Under the pieces are notes generated by a model. The model did no database searches. It saw nothing but the letters and a program-made list of their open reading frames with translations, and was not told the DNA's origin. A stretch of DNA of 35,537 nucleotides from Sphingobacteriales bacterium (GTDB taxonomy: Bacteria; Bacteroidota; Bacteroidia; Chitinophagales; JAYVJZ01): the NCBI GenBank assembly GCA_043768865.1, contig JAYVJZ010000187.1, positions 1-35,537 on the forward strand, written 5' to 3'. Each line of letters starts with the position of its first letter. Position 1 is the stretch's first letter. Made by a program: the position numbers and the translations under genes. Positions 20,042-26,336 of the stretch are shown here, one piece after another.

Positions 20042-20197
20042 TGTAGTATTCTAGGTAATATTATCTGTTGAAAACTCTATTATCCCACTCGTGCAGGTTT
20101 TTGTGCCTATTGCTATACTCCCTCCGCTTGGCAGACAACTACTACCACAATTGCTTTGCACAACGGCTAGCACTCCACTAGTAGCAGGCGCCACGCA
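16553..20197 (-). repeat. protein-level tandem array of 14 six-cysteine modules (about 80-95 aa each) in order A-A-B-A-B-B-A-B-A-C-A-C-A-C
   Basis: Aligned by eye from the translation. Type A is C-x3-C...GSKAC...YS-x-D-N/G-x-x-W/Y-S...P-x-YN...RCSC...C. Type B is STCSGC...C...YYS...YNP...YACVN-x2-GC-x-SAIQTYTTT-x3-C. Type C is N-x-CPS-x2-G-x-I-x-C-x-C...YST-D/N-GG-x-TWS...FL-x-RCVNA-x-GCTS...C. Confidence 0.8.
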
Positions 20198-21499
20198 AGC
20201 ACTGCTGATTTTATACATCCAATCGGTGCAATCATTGTCTAATGATGTTATGTTATAATTGTTGGTAACTGTGGGTGCAGGTAGATTGCAAACAGTGGCA
20301 TTCATCAATGCGGTGCAAGTACCAGATATATGGCCTAAGCCCATGGCATGAAGCATTTCGTGGCTCAACACAGCTATATATTTATCAACTCCTGTACACC
20401 CTGATCCATTATTCATAACAAAAAATGGGGTAGAAGCATTTTTCCAATTGTTGTTGCAGATATCAGTGTGGCAGACACTCGAAGAAAAATGACCACCCAC
20501 GCCTAGTGTGCCAGAACAGCCTGACAAATCAGCCACCTGTGAGCATGGGTCATTGAAAAAAACATAGTAAATATTGGTAGCTGAACCATTGCAAACGTTA
20601 GCTGCATTGGCTACTCCAAATCCGGCACCTGATCCGCAATCTACCGGTGTACACGATGCATCTAAACCTTCATAAGTCATAGTAATACCCGGCATCGCAT
20701 CGAGCAGCCCTATGGCAGTTTGCAAATTGCTAATAGCTGTGATATTGCTAGGATCGCTTGCTGCTGCGCCCGCGACTTTTACGGTCCAAACATTGGAAGC
20801 AAACTTAGCAGGCGAGTTGGCATTGCAAGTTGTGTTTAGGCTCGCAGGATTGCCAAATAGCGTAGTACAATGTGCAGGGGGCGTATTAGGACAAGGGCCA
20901 AGCGAGCTGCTAGAGCTGAGTTTGGGGCTCGCCGTTATAGGCACAGCTGAATAGCCTGCCAACTCGGCTGACCAAGGTTGAGCAAAGTATAAATACGAGT
21001 TGAGTTGATTGATTAATTTAGTTTTTTCATATACGCCTGACAGTTGATTGTTCGCATCACTACCAAACTCAAGCTGCAATACATTCTTAGTTTGAGCAAA
21101 CTGAGCAATGCCGTCATTGATGCCCTCTTCGTATGCACTATAGGCTAATAAAATAGATTGATAAAACCCACCTGAGGTTGGGCTTAAAAACAACAAGTAC
21201 GACTTGCCAATTTCAAAATCTAAATCCCCACTTATTTTAAAAACTTCATCTCCTACCCGACCACTATATTCTTTTATCCATATCGAAGACCCTGCAACTG
21301 CAGCACCCTTTATGGTTTGCAAAATTTTAAAATTATTGAGATAGGGATTGCCTTTGGCATTAGAAATAATAGTTCCATAGGCAACGAGAGTGGCGTTGTC
21401 AGCCATTTCACCAATGCTACTTGGTGGATTAATAATAGTCGCATAATTGTAAGATGAGTAGCAAAGCAAGGAGATTAGTAGGAATACGATTTTTTTCAT
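20051..21499 (-). CDS. N-terminal 482 codons of the same gene: signal peptide, unknown N-domain, matrixin-like zinc-protease motif, first repeat module (truncated by TAG)
   Basis: Signal peptide is MKKIVFLLISLLCYSSYNYA. HEMLHAMGLGH (20330-20362) is followed six residues later by ALM (Met-turn-like). The ORF ends ...GGSIAIGTKTCTSGIIEFSTDNIT-TAG, in the middle of a repeat module. Confidence 0.6.
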   Translation of the reverse strand: MKKIVFLLISLLCYSSYNYATIINPPSSIGEMADNATLVAYGTIISNAKGNPYLNNFKILQTIKGAAVAGSSIWIKEYSGRVGDEVFKISGDLDFEIGKSYLLFLSPTSGGFYQSILLAYSAYEEGINDGIAQFAQTKNVLQLEFGSDANNQLSGVYEKTKLINQLNSYLYFAQPWSAELAGYSAVPITASPKLSSSSSLGPCPNTPPAHCTTLFGNPASLNTTCNANSPAKFASNVWTVKVAGAAASDPSNITAISNLQTAIGLLDAMPGITMTYEGLDASCTPVDCGSGAGFGVANAANVCNGSATNIYYVFFNDPCSQVADLSGCSGTLGVGGHFSSSVCHTDICNNNWKNASTPFFVMNNGSGCTGVDKYIAVLSHEMLHAMGLGHISGTCTALMNATVCNLPAPTVTNNYNITSLDNDCTDWMYKISSACVAPATSGVLAVVQSNCGSSCLPSGGSIAIGTKTCTSGIIEFSTDNIT

Positions 21500-21757
21500 A
21501 ATTATAATTTAGTTTGATGTTTTATAATTTGTTATTTGATGTTGTACAAGTAAAGATGCGTAAAGCATTGACTATATTTGCCATTGTATAGTTATTGATA
21601 AAAAAGTGATAGAACAAGTATTATATCTCTTTTTTTTACATTTATTATATTAAAATTCTACGATTCTTACAATATTCATGCTTGTAACCTTACGAATATC
21701 CTATTAAATTTGATTTATAGTTGTAATAATGAAAAAATTACCATCAAATTAATTCAC

Positions 21758-21795
21758 AAAAAAAAAGCCTTGTTTATAATTAAATAAACAAGGCT
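21758..21795 (-). terminator. Rho-independent terminator after the DEAD-box helicase gene
   Basis: A perfect 12-bp stem, AGCCTTGTTTAT (21766-21777) with ATAAACAAGGCT (21784-21795), has a 6-nt loop. The A9 run at 21758-21766 gives a U-tract on the minus transcript. It starts 25 nt past the stop at 21821. Confidence 0.75.
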
Positions 21796-21820
21796 TTTGT
21801 ATCGTAATAGTAGGACTAGA

Positions 21821-23890
21821 CTACCATTTCAAATCGTCATTTTTGCCAATGAGCGAATCCCAATCGTACTTTTTATTGCCTGCTTCTTTTTTAACTGAAC
21901 CTTCACTTGGCTTGGTTTTAGGGGCGTCGGGTTTAGCATTTACTCCATATTCAGGGAATCTGTTTTCTCTAGGTGCTGCGGGACGACGTTCTCCACTCGC
22001 CGCAGGACGGCTGCTTGGCCGACTGTCTGTTCGATTGTATCCACCTCCTGCATTGCGGTCGCTACTGCCTTTGTAGCCTCCACCACTTGCACCTCTGTCG
22101 TTGCCTCCACGGTAGCCACCGCCTGAGTTGCGATCTCCACCTCTGTCGTTGCCGCCTCTGTCGTTGCCGCCTCGGTAGCCTCCACTAGAACGCTGACCGT
22201 CGCGAGCACCACCAAAGCCACCTCCGCCTCTGTTGTAGCCGCTTTCACGGCGCGGATTTGGATTGTCTGTATAGGCCACATCACCGTTGTATTCGCTTAG
22301 CATAAGGCTTTTGCGTCCTACCTTGAAATCTTTCAAGCGGCTCATCAAGCGAGGTACTTCGTAGCTTTCGATTTCAAAATACGTAGTATCGTTTTCAATT
22401 AATATTCTTCCCACTTTGCGTTTGAATATCCCCGCTACGCTATCTATCATTTCTAACAGATTCACGCTATTGAGGCCATCTTTGTTGCCGACCATTACTT
22501 GTATCTGTGCATAATTTTTTTCAGCATCGGGCTGCCGCTGACGTGCGTCATCACGCTTGTTATCAGGTAGGTTGAGGTCCGGAGCATCTTTATAATAATT
22601 TAGAAAGTGGTTAAACTCTTGAGACACTAATTTTTTAATCAGATCTTCTTTGCTAAATTTTTCGAATTCTTCCATCACTTGTGGCAAAAACTTACCAATC
22701 TGATCTTCATTCACATCGATATTACCGATTTCATGCACTATGTTCATCAACTGTGCTTCACACACCTCAATGCCTGTGGGTATTTGCGACTTTTCAAACT
22801 TCATTTTTATTTTGCGTTCCAACTCCCCTACTCGGTGCAATTCTTTAATGTGAATGATACTCATACAGATTCCCAACTTGCCTGCACGTCCTGTACGTCC
22901 GCTTCGGTGTGTGTAGCTTTCATCATCATCGGGCAACGAATAATTAATTACGTGTGTGATGTCATTCACATCTATACCTCGCGCTGCTACATCGGTAGCT
23001 ACTAATATTTGAAGGCTTCTGTCTCTGAATCTCCCCATTACCTTGTCGCGTTGCTGCTGGCTCAAATCGCCGTGCAGTGCGTCTGCATTGTATTTGTCTT
23101 TTATCAAATGTTCTGCTATTTCTTGTGCATCAGCTTTGGTACGGGTGAATATTATTCCATAAATACTAGGATTAACATCGACCATACGCTTCAATGTTGT
23201 GTATCTGTCTCTGCTTTTGACCACGAAATATTTATGTGCAATATTTGCGTTGCCTGAGTTACGTTCGCCTACTTGCACCTCAAGTGGGTTGGTCATAAAC
23301 TGATTCGCTATATTACGAATTTCCTTAGGCATAGTAGCAGAAAATAACCATGTGTTTTTTTGCTCGGGCGTATAAGAAAGTATGTGGTGTATATCTTCTT
23401 TGAAACCCATATTGAGCATCTCGTCAGCCTCGTCTAACACTACATATTTTACGTTTTCTAGCTTTATTTCGCCACGCTCTATGATGTCAATCATACGACC
23501 GGGTGTAGCTACTATAATTTGAACGCCTCGACGCAAATCACGGATTTGTTGTTGTATGCTAGAGCCACCATATATAGCGAGTACACGCAAGTTGCCTTTG
23601 TGTTTACTGTAGCTTTTTAGGTCTTCCGTTATTTGCAAACAAAGTTCACGGGTTGGGCATATCACTAGCCCTTGTATCACGTTTTGAGTGAGGTCAGTTT
23701 TTTGCAGCATAGGCAATCCAAATGCTGCGGTTTTGCCGGTTCCGGTCTGTGCAAGTCCTAAGAAATCACAGTCGCCTTCTAATAATTTCGGAATGGCTTG
23801 TTCTTGAATGCTTGTGGGAGTTACGTAGCCTAACTCTTCGATTGCTTGCAACAATTCGGGTTGCAAACCAATGGTTTGAAATGTTGTCAT
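21821..23890 (-). CDS. DEAD-box ATP-dependent RNA helicase with DbpA-like RNA-binding domain and RGG-rich tail
   Basis: Q-motif context TFQTIGL...TPTSIQ, then AQTGTGKTAAF, PTRELC, VLDEADEM, SAT, HRSGRTGRAG. A DbpA-like segment (about YAQIQVMVGNKDG...FKVGRK) is followed by Gly/Arg/Asn/Asp repeats. The ATG at 23888-23890 (MTTFQTIGL) is preferred; the frame stays open to an upstream ATG at 23947 (708 aa). Confidence 0.92.
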   Translation of the reverse strand: MTTFQTIGLQPELLQAIEELGYVTPTSIQEQAIPKLLEGDCDFLGLAQTGTGKTAAFGLPMLQKTDLTQNVIQGLVICPTRELCLQITEDLKSYSKHKGNLRVLAIYGGSSIQQQIRDLRRGVQIIVATPGRMIDIIERGEIKLENVKYVVLDEADEMLNMGFKEDIHHILSYTPEQKNTWLFSATMPKEIRNIANQFMTNPLEVQVGERNSGNANIAHKYFVVKSRDRYTTLKRMVDVNPSIYGIIFTRTKADAQEIAEHLIKDKYNADALHGDLSQQQRDKVMGRFRDRSLQILVATDVAARGIDVNDITHVINYSLPDDDESYTHRSGRTGRAGKLGICMSIIHIKELHRVGELERKIKMKFEKSQIPTGIEVCEAQLMNIVHEIGNIDVNEDQIGKFLPQVMEEFEKFSKEDLIKKLVSQEFNHFLNYYKDAPDLNLPDNKRDDARQRQPDAEKNYAQIQVMVGNKDGLNSVNLLEMIDSVAGIFKRKVGRILIENDTTYFEIESYEVPRLMSRLKDFKVGRKSLMLSEYNGDVAYTDNPNPRRESGYNRGGGGFGGARDGQRSSGGYRGGNDRGGNDRGGDRNSGGGYRGGNDRGASGGGYKGSSDRNAGGGYNRTDSRPSSRPAASGERRPAAPRENRFPEYGVNAKPDAPKTKPSEGSVKKEAGNKKYDWDSLIGKNDDLKW

Positions 23891-24104
23891 TTTTGTAATA
23901 AGTGGCGAAGGTGTATCAAAAAATTGAGTGCGACTATAACGACTCAATTACAAACCTGTTGTGCTTTTAAAAAAAGTGCTCGTTAGTGAGAAGAGGAGCG
24001 GCAGGAATTACAGTGCAAATTGCTTTTTGATTTACCTTCTTTTTTTGTTAAGAAATAAATCGTTGTGCAAATATACGATGATAAAATATTAATCTAGCAT
24101 TAAG

Positions 24105-24446
24105 TTAAAAGTCGTCGTCGTCGTCGTCTCTATGTATGAATTTGTTAATATCAAAATTAGTAATTTCGTCAATCTCTTTGTTTTTAATTGCCTTGAAATC
24201 TTCTTCTTTTTGATCCACCAAATCGAAACTTTCGTCTGCTTCTTCCCAGCTGTCTTCCACCACAACGTCGTCGTCGCTTTCTACTTCTTCGGGTTCTATA
24301 TCATCGTCCAACATCTCGTCATCAGCAGCTTTCAACTTGCCTTTAGTTGCTTTTTTAGGTTTAACAGGTGGTGTTATTTTAGCTTTATTTGCGTTATTTT
24401 TAGAAGTATTTTTTTGCACTTTAGTATAGTATTTATGTTGTGCCAA
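24105..24446 (-). CDS. small low-complexity protein: Lys-rich N-terminus, polyacidic body, C-terminal DDDDDDF
   Basis: 113-aa ORF on the same strand as both neighbours, with 73-nt and 157-nt spacers. The opposite-strand ORF (24132-24452) is a Phe-rich mirror product. There is no family assignment, so coding status rests on context only. Confidence 0.5.
   Translation of the reverse strand: MAQHKYYTKVQKNTSKNNANKAKITPPVKPKKATKGKLKAADDEMLDDDIEPEEVESDDDVVVEDSWEEADESFDLVDQKEEDFKAIKNKEIDEITNFDINKFIHRDDDDDDF
24111..24128 (-). repeat. perfect trinucleotide repeat (GAC)6 encoding Asp6
   Basis: The plus strand reads gtcgtcgtcgtcgtcgtc at 24111-24128, immediately before the Phe codon and the TAA stop of the 113-aa ORF. 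Confidence 0.9.
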
Positions 24447-24519
24447 ATTTAGAATTAAAATTTAAAAAAGCATTACTATTTTATAAATAAAATTAAAAAA
24501 ACTTTTTTATCTTATGATG

Positions 24520-26166
24520 TTATTTTTTTTGAGATACTATTTCAATTATTGGGATTCCAATACATGCATCGGGCTCTTGTATTTTTAATAATTGACTAAT
24601 AGTAGCTGCTATATCGGTGATGTTTATAGTTCGTTGTATTGATATTGGAGTTAGGTGCCAACCCCACCAAAGCAGCGGCACATGCGTATCGTAGGCAAAT
24701 GAAGTGCCATGTGAGGTGCCTTGCGGCATATCTTCTAACCAACCCAAAGGGAGGAGTACCATCAGATCGCCAGAGCGGACAGGGTGGATGCCTCTTTGCC
24801 AATTTGTATAAAATTTTACATCGGTGGACAGGGACAAAAGCTGCTGCATAGGTAGCACATTATAGATATTTTTTTGAGTTAATAAAAATGAAGCAAGCCC
24901 TTCGCATATTGATTTATAATCTAGTTTAGCTGCTACAATTTTTTTTCTATCTAAATATATTTGTTGGTTGTTATAGTACAAGTACAAGGTGCTATCATTG
25001 TAGTTTTGTTGCAACCATTTTTTAGAAGGTGCAACAATTTCTAATTCGCTATTGACCACTCCCCCCGGCATACCTAGCGTGTTCATATATCCTGGCACTT
25101 CTGCCGCCCCATGATCTGCTGTCAAAACAACTAAAACATTTTTTTTGCCTATTTCATTATTTAAAAACGCTAATAATTCAGCTATCTCAGCATCAAATCG
25201 TACATAGTTATCTTCAATTTCATGGCTTTGTGGGCCAAATTTATGTCCAATATAATCAGGACTTGAAAAACTAATTGTTAATAAATCGGTAATTAAATCC
25301 TTACCCAACTGCTCATTTTTGATTAATTCAATAGCTATTTCTTTGGTAATAGTATTACCAAAAGGGGTGGCTCGTATAACGTCATAACTAATTTTTTTTG
25401 AAGCATCAAAATAATGCGGAAATGCACTCGTGGTGTCGCTTATAAACTTCCCTTCATACGATGCTGCATCACTAACGCAGGTATGAAATCCACTCAAGGG
25501 CAGCGTTGGTTTCCAGGCCGATTCCAAGTAGTTAGCAGGATTATTTTTTGCATTATATTCAATCAACCATTTAGGCAAATCAGCCCGATAATAGCTACTT
25601 GTAATCCACCTACCTGTAAGCCCGTCGAACCAATAAGCTCCATCGGGATTATGCCCTGCGGTGAGTATCGCCCCTCTATCTTTTAGTGCAATACCGAACA
25701 CTTTGGCTTGCTGACAAGAGGCTATTTTCATCTGATCGCCCAAATTAGTGCATTGCATACGATGTGGCGACATTTTGCCTGCAGTACTTGTAGTCCCAAC
25801 CGATGTCTGCGTTGAATCGTACGTGCAATAAACTTCTTTCTGCAAATCACGATCCCACCAATTGTTGCCAGCTATGCCTGAGAACATCGGGGTGGCACCA
25901 CTTAGTATAGCACAATGCCCGGGACCTGTGTATGTGGGTGCATAATTGTAATGTGTGTTCGTACAATTGACGCCTTCGTTCATCAATTTATTCAATCCCT
26001 TCGTACCATAATTATTTTGAAATCGATACAAAAAATCGTACCGCATCTGATCTACCACTAACACAACAATAAGCTTGGGTGCTTGGGGTGAAGATAGCGG
26101 CTGCTGTTGCGCTGACACTGTAATATTCAAACCTAGAAGCAATAAAATTAAGTAGATTTTATTCAT
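24520..26166 (-). CDS. pafA: secreted alkaline phosphatase / nucleotide pyrophosphatase-phosphodiesterase superfamily enzyme, PafA-like
   Basis: 548 aa with a signal peptide. PKLIVVLVVDQMRYDFLYRF, YAPTYTGPGH (nucleophile Thr region), SFSSPDYIGHKFGP and LTADHGA metal-ligand segments are present. Size and N-terminal sequence resemble my recollection of flavobacterial PafA. Confidence 0.75.
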   Translation of the reverse strand: MNKIYLILLLLGLNITVSAQQQPLSSPQAPKLIVVLVVDQMRYDFLYRFQNNYGTKGLNKLMNEGVNCTNTHYNYAPTYTGPGHCAILSGATPMFSGIAGNNWWDRDLQKEVYCTYDSTQTSVGTTSTAGKMSPHRMQCTNLGDQMKIASCQQAKVFGIALKDRGAILTAGHNPDGAYWFDGLTGRWITSSYYRADLPKWLIEYNAKNNPANYLESAWKPTLPLSGFHTCVSDAASYEGKFISDTTSAFPHYFDASKKISYDVIRATPFGNTITKEIAIELIKNEQLGKDLITDLLTISFSSPDYIGHKFGPQSHEIEDNYVRFDAEIAELLAFLNNEIGKKNVLVVLTADHGAAEVPGYMNTLGMPGGVVNSELEIVAPSKKWLQQNYNDSTLYLYYNNQQIYLDRKKIVAAKLDYKSICEGLASFLLTQKNIYNVLPMQQLLSLSTDVKFYTNWQRGIHPVRSGDLMVLLPLGWLEDMPQGTSHGTSFAYDTHVPLLWWGWHLTPISIQRTINITDIAATISQLLKIQEPDACIGIPIIEIVSQKK

Positions 26167-26260
26167 TTTAAATTCCTAAATTATAAAGTAGATTTTATTA
26201 ATAATTTTTGGTGTAGATTAGCGAAAATACGTCATCTAGCGAATGAATTATTGACATAAA

Positions 26261-26268
26261 TATTTTTG
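26261..26268 (+). promoter_or_regulatory. candidate -7 box (TATTTTTG) for the TonB-dependent receptor gene
   Basis: Perfect TAnnTTTG match 69 nt upstream of GTG 26337. No convincing -33 TTTG is seen at 19-21 nt. The spacer is AT-rich, so this is low confidence. Confidence 0.25.
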
Positions 26269-26336
26269 TTTTATTAATTCTTGTTTATATTTACGCACAT
26301 CTGTTTTTATCTCTAAAAATATACTTTAAAAATAAA

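Larger units (their letters stand above)
15185..21499 (-). pseudogene. single 2105-codon T9SS metzincin-like/adhesin gene interrupted by one in-frame TAG (20051-20053); a nonsense allele or a base-call error
   Basis: The minus strand reads ...GAT AAT ATT ACC TAG AAT ACT ACA TTG CCT TTT TAC AAC... This translates as DNIT*NTTLPFYN, in frame. Together the two halves reconstruct one complete repeat module. The stop falls where the other copies have Y, F or W. Confidence 0.55.

Noticed and set aside
20051-20053. The in-frame TAG as programmed recoding or an alternative genetic code.
   Set aside because: TAG also terminates the crotonase gene at 779-781, at the normal family length. All other genes here end at TAA, TGA or TAG at their expected lengths. 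I know of no recoding signal that fits, and a single-base nonsense change at a Tyr/Trp codon is the simpler explanation.
15185-21499. The giant gene region as a horizontally acquired island or mobile element.
   Set aside because: There is no integrase, transposase, flanking direct repeat or tRNA attachment site. The somewhat higher G+C seen by eye is explained by its Ala/Thr/Ser/Gly/Cys-rich codon content.
21843-23257. ORFs overlapping the DEAD-box helicase (21843-22076, 21940-22284, 21973-22188, 22679-23005, 23009-23257).
   Set aside because: These are frame-shifted or antisense readings of the RGG repeat DNA and of the helicase core. The helicase frame carries all canonical motifs.
24132-24452. 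Plus-strand 106-aa Phe-rich ORF opposite the acidic mini-protein.
   Set aside because: Its Phe/Val/Ile-rich sequence is what the antisense of GAA/GAC/AAA-rich coding DNA produces. Both neighbouring genes are on the minus strand with short spacers. It cannot be fully excluded without expression data.
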